From assembly GCA_963666365.2 (NCBI GenBank), contig CAXXNF010000002.1:1984001-2048000 (forward strand): a stretch of 64,000 nt of DNA, written 5' to 3'. This DNA is from Syntrophales bacterium. GTDB taxonomy: Bacteria > Desulfobacterota > Syntrophia > Syntrophales > UBA2210. The notes under the pieces are model-generated. The model saw only the letters and a program-made list of their open reading frames with translations. It was not told the origin of the DNA and did not search any database. The position numbers were made by a program, and so were the translations under genes. Every line of letters begins with the position of its first letter. Position 1 is the first letter of the stretch. Of this stretch, positions 50,047 through 62,154 are shown piece after piece.

Positions 50047-50130
50047 TCAGCGCGATCGAGCAGCAGTCCCCGTAAGTACTACTACGAGTACATATACGCT
50101 GCTAAGTACGACCCCAAACCGACCTGTCAT
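50047..50130 (-). CDS. Val/Leu-rich attenuator leader peptide MTGRFGVVLSSVYVLVVVLTGTAARSR
   Basis: RBS GAGGAG, 7 Val and 3 Leu in 27 aa; 3' end UUACGGGGACUGCUGCUCG complementary to T1 left arm and loop. Confidence 0.88.
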   Translation of the reverse strand: MTGRFGVVLSSVYVLVVVLTGTAARSR

Positions 50131-50159
50131 TTAACACTCCTCATTATAGCTAAAGTGTG

Positions 50160-50187
50160 ACTATACGCGAAAAATATCTCTTGTCAA
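50160..50187 (-). promoter_or_regulatory. Sigma70 promoter of the ilv cluster
   Basis: TTGACA-N16-TATAGT. Confidence 0.75.
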
Positions 50188-50230
50188 GCATTTTTTTACT
50201 TTATTTTATTCCACACCTGCTGAACCAGTT

Positions 50231-50611
50231 TTACGTGCGTACAAGAAGATAACTGCCTCCGTCATCTCTGCGGATCTCCCAACGAGTAGACTCCATTGCC
50301 TGCTCTGCAGCGGTAACGCTGTAATCAATCCGCCATTTGTTATCACACCATACTCTGATCCTGGTAGGATGGTAATGCCAGTCGAAGACAACATTAACAC
50401 TGCCGCCTGGATCAATTGACGCTTCATCTGTATCCGTGCCATACCCGGGAGCATCAAAGTCGCTATCAATCATCACATAGGCATGCTGGTCTAACGTGTT
50501 CTTAACACTGATATTTTTATACGCCCCGCCCGCCATGAGTGGTGCCGCCGCAAATAACACAAACAGGGGGCACAATAGAAATACCGCAGTAATCTTTATC
50601 GATCTTTGCAT
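50231..50611 (-). CDS. Hypothetical secreted protein
   Basis: RBS AGGAGGGG, signal peptide ending PLMA; no recognised family. Confidence 0.7.
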   Translation of the reverse strand: MQRSIKITAVFLLCPLFVLFAAAPLMAGGAYKNISVKNTLDQHAYVMIDSDFDAPGYGTDTDEASIDPGGSVNVVFDWHYHPTRIRVWCDNKWRIDYSVTAAEQAMESTRWEIRRDDGGSYLLVRT

Positions 50612-50642
50612 TTTCCCCTCCCTAATTTGTCATTTAAAATAA

Positions 50643-53081
50643 TCATCGCGACAACTCCTCCTTATCACTCTTCATAAAACTGTCGAGGTCGATTTTTTGC
50701 GAATCCGATTTTGGCGCATCACGCAGGGTCATCATATCGGTGTGAGACGGTTCGGTCCCTTCGAGAAAACACTCGAATACGCTCTCTTCCGCTCCCGGCT
50801 TTGCAAGCGTTCCCGTTTCAGGATCGATACGGGCGAATACAATCCCGTCGGGCGGCGCAAAGGATTCCACCGGTTTTGACTCAAGCGCCTTTTCCATAAA
50901 ATAGAGAAAGATGGGGCTTGCGGCACGGGAACCCGTTTCATGCCTCCCCAGGGGTCTGAGATCGTCGTATCCCACCCATACTCCCGTGACCAGTGACGGA
51001 GTAAAACCGATAAACCACGCATCGAAAAGATCGTTCGTCGTGCCCGTCTTTCCCGCCACGGGTCTTTTCAGGGCCTTCACCCGCCAGCCGGTACCGCGCT
51101 GGACCACCTCCTGAAGAAGATGACAGGTGATATAGGCAATTCTCGGATCTACCACCTGTTCAATATTGGGCTTTGTCTCCTCCAGCGCCGTCCCGTTTCT
51201 CTCAACAATTCTTTTTATGGAGAAGGGCTCGGCTCTTTTCCCGTTGTTGGCAAAAGTACTATAGGCCTTTACCATTTCGAGCAGCGTAACGCCGGAACTC
51301 CCCAGCGCCATGGAGAGATCCCGCGCAAGGGGAGAGGAAATGCCCAGGTTCCGGGCGTAGTCGGCGGCATAATCGATCCCGATATCCTTAAGCACCTTAA
51401 TCGTGACAAGATTGCGCGACTTGATAAGGGCGGTGCGCAGTGGTGTGGGACCGTAAAACTTTTCCTCGTAGTTGTGCGGCTTCCAGGAACTGTCTTTCAG
51501 CGTATCCCGAAAAATTATCGGGGTGTCCATCACTATGGATGCCGGGGTCATGCCTTTATCAAAGGCAGCGGCATAGATGAACGGCTTGAATGCGGAGCCG
51601 GGCTGGCGTCTTGCCTGTGTCGCCCGATTGAACTCACTTTTTCCATAACTTCTTCCACCCACCATTGCCTTTATTTCACCGGTTTTCGCATCCAGACAGA
51701 CAAGGGCGCCCTGGACTTCAGGCTCCTGCTCCAAGGCAAGCATAAACAGGGAATTCCCCTCCTCCTCGACAGTATCGACAATCAACGCCTCCACCACATC
51801 CCCGACCCTCACTACGTCTGCGGGGTCCTGTACCGGATCGGCCTTGTAGGCGACATCAGGATCGGGTTTTCGGGCCCAGGCCATGTCTTTCAGTACCATG
51901 GTCCCTCGATGGGCGCCCACCCTCAGGGACACAATCTTTTTCTCGCTGTTTACATCGACCACAAGGGCCTTGACGATTTCACCTTTTTCATATGCCCTGC
52001 CGCCTCCTTGTTCCATCGTAGACGTCTCCAGATAGCCGTCAAAGCGATCCAGGGGGATATGTTCCAAAGGCCCTCGATATCCCTGCCGTTTGTCCAGTTC
52101 ACGAAGTCCCCGCACGACCGCGCGGCGCGCCGCTCTCTGCATGGCCGCGTTCAGCGTCGTATACACTTCAAGCCCTTCTTTGTAGAGCACATCGCTGCTA
52201 TAGGTGGTCTGGATATAACGGCGCACATTTTCGGTAAAATAGGGGGCGATTTTTTCTTTCTCTTCATCTCTGAGCACCACAAGGGGGGCATCAATGGCGT
52301 CCTTTCGCTCTTTTTCCGTAATATACCCGTCTTCCGCCATTCTCCTGAGCACATAGATCTGCCGGTTTCGCGCCAGATCGAAATGATACAGGGGGCTGTA
52401 CCTGCTGGGCGCCTTCGGAAGTCCTGCCAGAAGCGCCGCCTCCGTGAGCGTCAATTCCTTCGCCTGTTTTCCGAAATACCGTTGCGAGGCCGATTCGACA
52501 CCATAGGCGCCGTGGCCCAGGTAAATCTGGTTCAAATAGAGGTTCAATATCTCGTACTTACTTAAATATCGCTCAATCTTACTGGAAAGCATCGCTTCCT
52601 TGAGTTTCCGAATATAACTCTTTTCCGGCGTCAGGAAGAGCGATTTGGCAACCTGCTGCGTAATGGTGCTTCCACCCTGCACAATGGCGCCGGCCTTGAG
52701 GTTCTTTAAAAAGGCCCGCACAATGCTTTGCAGGTCAATGCCGCTGTGCTGGAAAAAACGGGCGTCTTCGGCGGCCACAAAGGCCTGTATGACGAAACGG
52801 GGCAGATCCTCGATCCGGATAAGCTTACGGTCTTCGAGATAGAACTGGTCGATCAACTCGCTGTCGTCGTCATAGACGCGGGTGATGATGCTGGGCCGGT
52901 AATCCTTCAGTGCCGCAATGCTGGGAAGATCGTTGTTGAGAGAGTAAAGTGTCCATGCTCCGAAGGCAGCGACGATGACAGCGGCAAGAAAAAGGCCGAT
53001 CAGAAGTTTTATGATTAGAGATGCTGCCGACCTTTTCTTTTTACCGGCATCGTCTCCCTCCAATTTATTCCTTTTCTTCAT
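50643..53081 (-). CDS. mrcA: Penicillin-binding protein 1A
   Basis: EDARFFQH, GGSTITQQ, RKLKE, SAFK, SRN, KTGT. Confidence 0.95.
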   Translation of the reverse strand: MKKRNKLEGDDAGKKKRSAASLIIKLLIGLFLAAVIVAAFGAWTLYSLNNDLPSIAALKDYRPSIITRVYDDDSELIDQFYLEDRKLIRIEDLPRFVIQAFVAAEDARFFQHSGIDLQSIVRAFLKNLKAGAIVQGGSTITQQVAKSLFLTPEKSYIRKLKEAMLSSKIERYLSKYEILNLYLNQIYLGHGAYGVESASQRYFGKQAKELTLTEAALLAGLPKAPSRYSPLYHFDLARNRQIYVLRRMAEDGYITEKERKDAIDAPLVVLRDEEKEKIAPYFTENVRRYIQTTYSSDVLYKEGLEVYTTLNAAMQRAARRAVVRGLRELDKRQGYRGPLEHIPLDRFDGYLETSTMEQGGGRAYEKGEIVKALVVDVNSEKKIVSLRVGAHRGTMVLKDMAWARKPDPDVAYKADPVQDPADVVRVGDVVEALIVDTVEEEGNSLFMLALEQEPEVQGALVCLDAKTGEIKAMVGGRSYGKSEFNRATQARRQPGSAFKPFIYAAAFDKGMTPASIVMDTPIIFRDTLKDSSWKPHNYEEKFYGPTPLRTALIKSRNLVTIKVLKDIGIDYAADYARNLGISSPLARDLSMALGSSGVTLLEMVKAYSTFANNGKRAEPFSIKRIVERNGTALEETKPNIEQVVDPRIAYITCHLLQEVVQRGTGWRVKALKRPVAGKTGTTNDLFDAWFIGFTPSLVTGVWVGYDDLRPLGRHETGSRAASPIFLYFMEKALESKPVESFAPPDGIVFARIDPETGTLAKPGAEESVFECFLEGTEPSHTDMMTLRDAPKSDSQKIDLDSFMKSDKEELSR

Positions 53082-53847
53082 GCTCCTCGCCGGACCCCTC
53101 TTTATTGAGTGCCCCCCCTTTCTTCTCTCCCATCCTGACGACCCACACGCTGATTTCGTAAAGAATGATCAGCGGCACCGCCATCATGCATTGCGTCACT
53201 ACATCGGGAGGGGTCAAAAGCGCAGCGGTTATGAAGGTGAGAAGAATAGCATATTTTCTCTTCTTGATCAACGTCGTGGAATCCACCAGACCAATGCGGG
53301 CGATAAAAAACATAAAGATAGGAAGTTCAAAGATGACCCCGAAGGCAAGCAGAAGCTTCATCGAAAAGGCAAGATACTCCTTCATGGAAAGCATCGGTTT
53401 TATCAGATCGGTTCCGAAGGCCACAAAAAATTTAAACCCCAGAGGAAAGACCAGAAAGTACGCAAAACAGGCGCCGCCGACAAAAAACAGGGTGGAAAAT
53501 GCCACAAAGGGCACAACATATTTTTTTTCCGACTGATAGAGGCCGGGAGATACAAATTGCCATATCTGATACAGGACGAAGGGGCTTACCAGAAATATGC
53601 CAGCAAAAAACGAGATCTTGAGGTAGGTAAAAAAGGCCTCGGGAAGACTTGTAAAGATCATGGCGCTCCCCTCAGGCATTATGTCGGCAAGGGGAAGCAG
53701 AAGGAGTGAAAAGAGCCGCTCCTTGAAAAAATAGCATGCCACGAAACCGATCCCGATTGCCGCCAGACTTTTCATCAGCCGGCTGCGCAGCTCATCCAGG
53801 TGGGAGGTAAAGGGCATTTTTTCTTCGTCAATAGCAGTATTTTCCAT
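53065..53847 (-). CDS. tatC: Twin-arginine translocase TatC
   Basis: HLDELRSRL, FVSPGLY, FELP, TPPD. Confidence 0.96.
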   Translation of the reverse strand: MENTAIDEEKMPFTSHLDELRSRLMKSLAAIGIGFVACYFFKERLFSLLLLPLADIMPEGSAMIFTSLPEAFFTYLKISFFAGIFLVSPFVLYQIWQFVSPGLYQSEKKYVVPFVAFSTLFFVGGACFAYFLVFPLGFKFFVAFGTDLIKPMLSMKEYLAFSMKLLLAFGVIFELPIFMFFIARIGLVDSTTLIKKRKYAILLTFITAALLTPPDVVTQCMMAVPLIILYEISVWVVRMGEKKGGALNKEGSGEEHEEKE

Positions 53848-53898
53848 GGGCGGATGCTTTTATCAGGCTAATCTGTGAATTTGCAGGAAATGAACCAC

Positions 53899-54159
53899 TC
53901 ATTGCTCCTTCTTTTCGGCACTTTTTGTATCACCCTTTTCCTTATCGCCTGTGCCGTACAGAAGGGAGTCCTTGATTTCGCTTGCATCATCTTTAAATTT
54001 ATCGACATTGATCGATTCTTTCACATCATCGGTGGCCCGCCGGAACTCGGCCAACCCCTTTCCCAGAGATTTTGCCAGGTCGGGCAGTTTTTTAGGACCG
54101 ATGATGATCAGGGCAACTATTAAAATTACAATTAGTTCAGGCATTCCGATGCCAAACAT
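53899..54159 (-). CDS. TatA/TatB family translocase subunit
   Basis: MFGIGMPEL...GPKKLP; adjacent to tatC. Confidence 0.9.
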   Translation of the reverse strand: MFGIGMPELIVILIVALIIIGPKKLPDLAKSLGKGLAEFRRATDDVKESINVDKFKDDASEIKDSLLYGTGDKEKGDTKSAEKKEQ

Positions 54160-54381
54160 ACCAATCCCTCGTTTCGTAAGATAGGTGACTATATATTCAG
54201 TGTTCCTTCCTTGTCAATCTGTTTCATGGCCTCATTGATGAAGAGGGCGCCTGCAGCGGCTGTTCAAATAATATTTCATTCTGCAATCAATATAGCAAGG
54301 ATTCTTTTTAAATCGGCCCTTCTCGGTTTGCATTTCAATCCGGCTTGTGATAAAAAAATCCGTCATTTATCAGGGGGTCTT

Positions 54382-55458
54382 ATGGAGTCTCGGGTGTGTT
54401 CCCGCACAGGCATTGTAGTCGATGAACGGTATCTCCGCCATGATCCAGGCGCCTACCACCCGGAAGCATCTCAGCGACTTGAAGCCATATATGAAATGCT
54501 CGAGACCTCTGAGATGCGATCCGCATTCACTCGCATCACACCGCGAATGGCTTTGGTTGAAGAGATTGAAATGATCCACCGGTCTTCTTATATTGCACGT
54601 GTGGCCGCGACTGCCGGGAAAAAATCCACAACCCTGGATCCCGACACGGTGACATCTTCGGATTCCTACGAAGTGGCGCTGCTTGCCGCCGGCGGGCTTC
54701 TCAGCGCGGTGGACGCCATCATGGCGGGAAACCTCGGAAACGCCTTTGCACTGATACGACCTCCGGGACACCATGCCGAGTCAAATCGTTCGGCCGGGTT
54801 TTGCCTCTTTAACAACGTGGCCATTGCCGCCGCTTATGCGCGGGCAACCTACGGACTTACACGAATTCTTATTGTCGACTGGGATCTTCACCACGGCAAC
54901 GGCACCCAGCACGCCTTTTATGAAAGTCCGGAGGTGCTGTACTTCTCGACCCATCAATACCCCTTTTATCCCGGGTCGGGCAGCATCAATGAGACAGGTC
55001 GGGGGAAGGGGGAAGGATACACGATAAATGTACCGCTTCCCCGGAGGCAGGGTGACGGGGAATTTCTCACTATTTACAAAAAGATCCTCGAACCCGTGGC
55101 AGTCGCCTTCAACCCCCAGTTCGTGCTCGTTTCGGCCGGCTTTGACATCTGCGCAAAGGATCGTCTCGGCGGAATGATGAAGGTGTCGCCGCAGGGATTT
55201 GCCGCCCTGACCCGCGTGGTGCTCGACATTGCGCAGCACTGCTGCGGGGGACGCCTGGCGGTCACTCTGGAAGGCGGATACAACATCGAGGCGATGACCC
55301 GGTCCATCGAGGCGGTCCTGATGGAGATGAGCGGATGGGTTCACACATCGACGGACTATCTCGAGGCGACAGTGAAAGAGGCCGATCCGTCAGTGGACGC
55401 ACTCATTGCAAAGGTTATAAATAGAATCGCTCCCTATTGGAATGTAGTTAATCATTAA
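54382..55458 (+). CDS. Histone deacetylase family amidohydrolase
   Basis: HPE, RPPGHHA, GFCLFNN, DWDLHHGNGTQ, SAGFD, LEGGY. Confidence 0.93.
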   Translation: MESRVCSRTGIVVDERYLRHDPGAYHPEASQRLEAIYEMLETSEMRSAFTRITPRMALVEEIEMIHRSSYIARVAATAGKKSTTLDPDTVTSSDSYEVALLAAGGLLSAVDAIMAGNLGNAFALIRPPGHHAESNRSAGFCLFNNVAIAAAYARATYGLTRILIVDWDLHHGNGTQHAFYESPEVLYFSTHQYPFYPGSGSINETGRGKGEGYTINVPLPRRQGDGEFLTIYKKILEPVAVAFNPQFVLVSAGFDICAKDRLGGMMKVSPQGFAALTRVVLDIAQHCCGGRLAVTLEGGYNIEAMTRSIEAVLMEMSGWVHTSTDYLEATVKEADPSVDALIAKVINRIAPYWNVVNH

Positions 55459-55489
55459 TGTAATCACGTCACACAGGAGGAAGGGACTT

Positions 55490-55777
55490 TTGAAGATAAC
55501 AAAAAACGAGGTCGCCTACGTGGCTCATTTGGCGCGCCTTAATTTCACCGATGAAGAAAACGAAAAATTCACTTCACAGCTTAACGATATCCTGCTCTAC
55601 ATGGATATCCTCAATAAGGTCGACACCACCGGAGTAAAACCGCTGACCCATGCAATTGCCCTCACCAATGCATTCAGAGACGATGAGGAAAAGGGGTCGC
55701 TTCCCATTGAAATATCGCTGGCTAATGCGCCCGATGATGACGGAGCCTCTTTCAAGGTTCCCAAGGTTATTGAATGA
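55490..55777 (+). CDS. gatC: Asp/Glu-tRNA amidotransferase subunit C
   Basis: [18 protein letters not shown]. Confidence 0.95.
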   Translation: MKITKNEVAYVAHLARLNFTDEENEKFTSQLNDILLYMDILNKVDTTGVKPLTHAIALTNAFRDDEEKGSLPIEISLANAPDDDGASFKVPKVIE

Positions 55778-55785
55778 GGAATCCC

Positions 55786-57243
55786 ATGAAACTTTACGAA
55801 TCGACGATTCACGAATTAGAAAAGAAATTGCGTAACGGCGACACATCCTCGGTGGATATCACTGCCTCGGTCTTTGAACGAATTGAAGCCGTTGAGGAAA
55901 GGGTTCATTCCTACATCACAATTCTGAAAGAGGAGGCCCTTGAAACTGCCCGCAGGGCCGATGAAGCACTACAAAAGGGAAACGCTTCCCCCCTTATGGG
56001 GATCCCCATCGCCATAAAGGATCTTCTTTGCACCAGGGGGATCAGGACCACCTGCGGTTCCCATATACTGCACAACTTCATACCCCCCTACGATGCCACG
56101 GTGATCACAAAGCTGAAAGAGGCGGGCGCCGTATTTCCGGGTAAAACCAATATGGATGAGTTTGCCATGGGATCATCGACGGAGACTTCCTATTTCGGCA
56201 TTACACGAAACCCCTGGGATCTGGAAAGAATCCCCGGAGGTTCCAGCGGCGGTTCAGCGGCAGCCGTTGCCGCTGACGAATGCATCGCCTCTCTCGGTTC
56301 GGATACGGGTGGTTCCATTCGGCAGCCGGCGGCGCTCTGCGGCGTTGTGGGGTTAAAGCCGACCTACGGAAGGGTTTCCCGCTTCGGTCTCGTTGCCTTT
56401 GCATCGTCGCTGGATCAGATCGGCCCTTTCACCAAAGATGTGGAAGACTGCGCTATCATGATGAATGCGATCGCGGGATATGATCCGAAGGAATCCACCT
56501 CCGTCCCCATTGAGGTTCCCGACTATCGGAGCTTTGTAAACAGAGACATCGAAGGCTGGACCATCGGCATCCCCAGGGAATATTTTATCGAGGGAATCGA
56601 TTCGGAAATAACGGCTGCCGTTGACAGGGCCATTGCCTCCATTGAAAAGCTCGGCGCAAAGTGCCTCGACATTTCTCTTCCCCACAGCCGCTATGGCGTT
56701 GCCGCCTATTACGTGGTGGCGCCCGCCGAGGCAAGCTCGAATCTTGCCCGTTATGACGGCGTGAAATACGGCTTCAGGGCGCCCGGGAACCACGACCTCA
56801 TGGATATGTATAAGATGAGCCGTTCCGCGGGATTCGGCGCCGAAGTCAAGAGAAGGATCATGATCGGCACCTATGCCCTCTCCTCGGGATACTACGACGC
56901 CTACTATAAAAAGGCGTCAAAGATCCGCGCACTCATGAAGCAGGATTTTGACGAGGCCTTCAAAACCTGCGACGTGATTCTTACACCCACAACCCCCACG
57001 CCGGCCTTCAAGGTTGGTGAAAAAACGGATGATCCCCTTCAGATGTACCTTTCCGATGTTTTTACCCTTCCCGTAAATCTCGCAGGTATTCCGGGGATAT
57101 CCATTCCCTGCGGGCACACGGAACGCGGCCTGCCGATCGGCATGCAACTCATGGCGGGACACTTTCAGGAAGGCACACTGATTCAGGCCGCTGCTGCCTT
57201 TGAACGGCATCTCAAAACAGAAAAAAGGAGACCTTTGCTATAA
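55786..57243 (+). CDS. gatA: Asp/Glu-tRNA amidotransferase subunit A
   Basis: [32 protein letters not shown]. Confidence 0.97.
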   Translation: MKLYESTIHELEKKLRNGDTSSVDITASVFERIEAVEERVHSYITILKEEALETARRADEALQKGNASPLMGIPIAIKDLLCTRGIRTTCGSHILHNFIPPYDATVITKLKEAGAVFPGKTNMDEFAMGSSTETSYFGITRNPWDLERIPGGSSGGSAAAVAADECIASLGSDTGGSIRQPAALCGVVGLKPTYGRVSRFGLVAFASSLDQIGPFTKDVEDCAIMMNAIAGYDPKESTSVPIEVPDYRSFVNRDIEGWTIGIPREYFIEGIDSEITAAVDRAIASIEKLGAKCLDISLPHSRYGVAAYYVVAPAEASSNLARYDGVKYGFRAPGNHDLMDMYKMSRSAGFGAEVKRRIMIGTYALSSGYYDAYYKKASKIRALMKQDFDEAFKTCDVILTPTTPTPAFKVGEKTDDPLQMYLSDVFTLPVNLAGIPGISIPCGHTERGLPIGMQLMAGHFQEGTLIQAAAAFERHLKTEKRRPLL

Positions 57244-58672
57244 TGGAATATGAACCGGTAATAGGGCTTGAAGTACACGCCCAGCTCCTCACGAACACCA
57301 AGATATTCTGCGGCTGTTCCACCCGTTTCGGTGCCGCGCCCAACAGTCACACCTGTCCGGTGTGCCTCGGCATGCCCGGCGTGCTGCCGGTGCTTAACAA
57401 GAAAGTGGTCGAATTTGCCATGAAAATGGCCCTGGCAACGAATTGCCGCATCAATCCCTCCAATGTGTGGGCGCGAAAAAATTATTTTTATCCCGATCTT
57501 CCAAAGGGCTATCAGATATCCCAGTACGCCTACCCACTGGCCGAGCATGGCTACGTCGATGTGGATGCCGACGGCGCAAAGAAAAGAATCGGCATCACCC
57601 GGATTCACATGGAAGAGGATGCGGGTAAATTGATTCACGACGAGAGCACGCCGGTAAGCTTCGTCGATTTCAACCGTACCGGAGTGCCGCTGATAGAGAT
57701 TGTAAGCGAACCGGATATGCGAAGTCCCGAGGAAGGGGCAGAATATCTGCGAAGACTGCACGAAATCCTCGTATACCTGGAGATCTGCGACGGCAATATG
57801 GAGGAGGGAAGCTTCCGATGCGATGCCAATGTATCGCTTCGACCCAAGGGCCGGGAAGAATTCGGCACCAGGGCTGAGTTGAAGAACATGAACTCCTTCA
57901 GAAACGTGCAGCGGGCACTGGAGTATGAAATAAAGCGCCAGCAGTATATCCTGGAAAGCGGAGGTTCAGTGGTGCAGGAAACCCGCCTCTGGGATGATGC
58001 GCAGGGGGTCACCCATTCCATGCGCGGCAAGGAAGAGGCCCATGACTATCGATACTTCCCCGACCCCGATCTTGTGCCCGTCGTCGTCTCCGATCAATGG
58101 ATCGAGGAGGTGCGGGCATGTCTGCCCGAACTTCCTCTGGTAAAGCGGGAGCGCTTTATCAGAGACTACGAGATTCCCCCCTATGATGCGGGCGTCCTCA
58201 CGGCTTCACGGGCCCTTGCCGACTATTATGAAGCGACGGCTGCACGCTGCGGCAAGCCGAAGAGTGCCAGCAACTGGGTAATGGGCGACATCCTGGGCCA
58301 CCTCAAGGAGGACAAGCTTTTCATGTCGGAGTGCCCCATCACACCTCAATCGCTGGGAGACATGATCGGTCTGATAGAAGACGGCACCATCAGCGGCAAG
58401 ATCGCAAAGGATGTATTCGAAGAAATGTGGAGATCCGGCAAGGAACCGAAGATCATAATAGAGGAAAAGGGGCTGGTGCAGATTACCGATGCCGGGGCCC
58501 TCGAAGCGGCCATCGCCGAGGTTCTTAAGGCAAATCCCTCTCAGCTTGCGGAGTACCGGCAGGGCAAAGACAAGCTTTTCGGATTCTTTGTGGGACAGAC
58601 CATGAAGGCGACCAAAGGGAAGGCAAATCCAACGCTTGTGAATGAAATTTTAAAAAAGAAGCTTTCCGAAAG

Positions 58673-58676
<4 letters not shown>
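57243..58676 (+). CDS. gatB: Asp/Glu-tRNA amidotransferase subunit B
   Basis: [36 protein letters not shown]. Confidence 0.97.
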
Positions 58677-59713
<1,037 letters not shown>

Positions 59714-59726
59714 GAATCGTTTTATC

Positions 59727-60341
59727 ATGAAGAATCTCTATCTTTTCGATTTCGACGGGGTCATTGTCGATTCTCTCGATCTCTATGAACATTCGATCCG
59801 TACCTGCCTTGAAGCAATCAATCGGCCCATTATTCAGACACGGGAAGATTTCCTGGATCTGTTTGAGGAAAATTTCTACGAGGCGATCGAGAAAAAGGGG
59901 GTTTCGCTGGAGGCGTTTGCACGGGCTTCCGCATCAATTGCTTCCTCCATCGATTATGCCCAGGTCCGCGTTATTCAGGAAGTAAAACCCCTGCTGCAAC
60001 AACTTTCCGGCGCCAATGTTCTCGTCGTCATTACTTCGAACAGGAAAGAAGTGGTGGAAAACACCCTTCGCCGGGAGCACATGGCCAGTCATTTTATCGA
60101 CATTCTGGGCGCCGATTTCATGTTGAGCAAAACCGCAAAGATCACCTACGCCATGGATCGATGGAATAAAAGTCCGGCCGAGACATTCTACATAGGCGAC
60201 ACGGCCGGCGATATAAGAGAAGCAAAATCAGCCGGGGTGCATACCGTCGCAGTGACCTGGGGCTGGCACCCGGAAGCGCGGCTTCAGGTCGCCGGGGCCG
60301 AGTACGTGGCACGAACACCGGGAGATCTGCTCCTCCTGTAA
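59727..60341 (+). CDS. HAD-family hydrolase
   Basis: FDFDGVIVDS, IGDTAGD, VTWG. Confidence 0.9.
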   Translation: MKNLYLFDFDGVIVDSLDLYEHSIRTCLEAINRPIIQTREDFLDLFEENFYEAIEKKGVSLEAFARASASIASSIDYAQVRVIQEVKPLLQQLSGANVLVVITSNRKEVVENTLRREHMASHFIDILGADFMLSKTAKITYAMDRWNKSPAETFYIGDTAGDIREAKSAGVHTVAVTWGWHPEARLQVAGAEYVARTPGDLLLL

Positions 60342-60391
60342 CTGAAAAACGGGAAGAGAAGGACTGTTCCTCTTCCCGCGTCACGAGTGCA

Positions 60392-61177
60392 CTAGCGTCG
60401 TGTTATCGGGGTAGAGGTAAGATGGAATCCCCCGTCCAGGATCAGGGTCTCTCCCGTCACAAGAGGCGCCCCTGTGATAAAATACATAATCGCCTCTGCC
60501 ACCGTTTCGGGCGTCGCCGTCATGCGAAGCGGCGTCGTAGATTCCAGGTATTGCTTCGTAAATTCATAGGTTTCTTCTCCCATACCCTCGCGAAGCCAGT
60601 TCCCCTGAATAAACCCGGGGCATACAGCATTCATTCTGATTTCCGGACCGAGCACACGGGCAAGCGAAAGCGTCATGGTAATCAGCGCCCCCTTGGAGGC
60701 GGCATAGGCAACGGAACTTCCTATGCCCGTTACTCCTGCGATGGAAGCTACATTTACAATCGATCCCTTCCCGGCCTCTTTCATATGGGGCGCCGCGGCG
60801 CGGACCATCTGATAGACCCCGACGACATTGATCCCATAAATATACAAAAAGTCTTCTTTTGATAGACCCTCCAGATTGTCATGGGCACAGAATTTGGTGG
60901 TTCCCGCATTGTTGACCAGAATGTCAAGACGTCCCCACTTTTTTACCGCTTCCGCAACCATCCGCCGACAGTCTCCATCATCGGCCACATCGGCCTTACA
61001 GAGCAGTGTGTCTGCCCCGAATCCTCTGCAAAGCTCTTCGACCTCCCGTGCCTGGGCATCGCTTTTCGAGTAATTGATGACTACATTGCACCCTTTTTCC
61101 GCACACATTTTTGCCGTGGCCGCGCCCACACCCCGCGCCGATCCGGTTACAATGGCCACATTGCCGGAAATATCCAT
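60392..61177 (-). CDS. SDR family oxidoreductase
   Basis: TGSARGVG, NNAG, YAASK. Confidence 0.93.
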   Translation of the reverse strand: MDISGNVAIVTGSARGVGAATAKMCAEKGCNVVINYSKSDAQAREVEELCRGFGADTLLCKADVADDGDCRRMVAEAVKKWGRLDILVNNAGTTKFCAHDNLEGLSKEDFLYIYGINVVGVYQMVRAAAPHMKEAGKGSIVNVASIAGVTGIGSSVAYAASKGALITMTLSLARVLGPEIRMNAVCPGFIQGNWLREGMGEETYEFTKQYLESTTPLRMTATPETVAEAIMYFITGAPLVTGETLILDGGFHLTSTPITRR

Positions 61178-61216
61178 TCAGTATCTCCTTTCATACGAGG
61201 GATTGTTCTTCTTACG

Positions 61217-62071
61217 TCATTCATGACGGCCCACATCGGGCCTATCCGCTGCGGACGTTACCACAGGCGAGGCATCCCGGTCAAAAGGATTGGTCCGCAT
61301 GGCCAGGGAAAAGAGATAGGGGTAATTGCCTTTCAAATACCGCATATACTCAAGCCATTGGTACACCAGCAAGCGGTAGGCCCGCCTTATATCGCTCGTG
61401 ATATGCGCTACATCCGAGTCAGGGAGACACGTCACATCGCCCCTGCAATCCAACTCCTCCGTAATATGAAAAACCGCGCGCAAGAGCTCGGTAAATCGTT
61501 CGTGTTCAAGAATCGCCGGATTCTCCAGAAGGCGAAGGAAAAAATCCCTCTTGCCGCCCAGCACGTCCCGCAGCGCTTCGAGATTGAGCGTATCAGGCAG
61601 CACCTGGCAGTCATAGTCAGTGAGCGCCGCCTCGACTCTTCGGAACTCCTTGTCGTTCCAGCTTCCTTTGACAATGAGATTCGTGCGAATGTGATCAATG
61701 TCGGGATCACAGGCGGAAAACGCGGCGAGAAGCTTAAGTCCCACTTCGCTGAAAAAGGCGCCGATCACCAGATTCAGTTTTTCCATCCTCTGGTCTTGCT
61801 CACGCCGGCTCAGCATGAGTTCCGTTGTGTTGGCCACTACCCCGAGAAAGGTTCCCGCCCCCAACACAATGATCAACAGGACCAGTATCTTGCCGGCCGT
61901 CGTCACGGGGTGGATATCGCCGTATCCCACGGTTGCAACGGTTACGATACTGAAATAGAAGGCATCTGCAAGCGTGCCCCCTTCGAGTGCCTTGAAGCCG
62001 AGGGTCCCCAGCGCCATAACCGCCACAAAACCCGCAAGGGCAAACTTCAAGCGCATACGAATCTGATTCAT
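61217..62071 (-). CDS. Two-TM potassium channel family protein with an unrecognised cytoplasmic domain
   Basis: DAFYFSIVTVATVGYGD filter; start set at MNQIR. Confidence 0.88.
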   Translation of the reverse strand: MNQIRMRLKFALAGFVAVMALGTLGFKALEGGTLADAFYFSIVTVATVGYGDIHPVTTAGKILVLLIIVLGAGTFLGVVANTTELMLSRREQDQRMEKLNLVIGAFFSEVGLKLLAAFSACDPDIDHIRTNLIVKGSWNDKEFRRVEAALTDYDCQVLPDTLNLEALRDVLGGKRDFFLRLLENPAILEHERFTELLRAVFHITEELDCRGDVTCLPDSDVAHITSDIRRAYRLLVYQWLEYMRYLKGNYPYLFSLAMRTNPFDRDASPVVTSAADRPDVGRHE

Positions 62072-62154
62072 TGCAGTGTACCACCCGTTACCGCAACCCG
62101 ATGGGGACGGCGCCGTCCCTGCAGCCGTCCCCCGGACACATCGGGCATGTTCGA

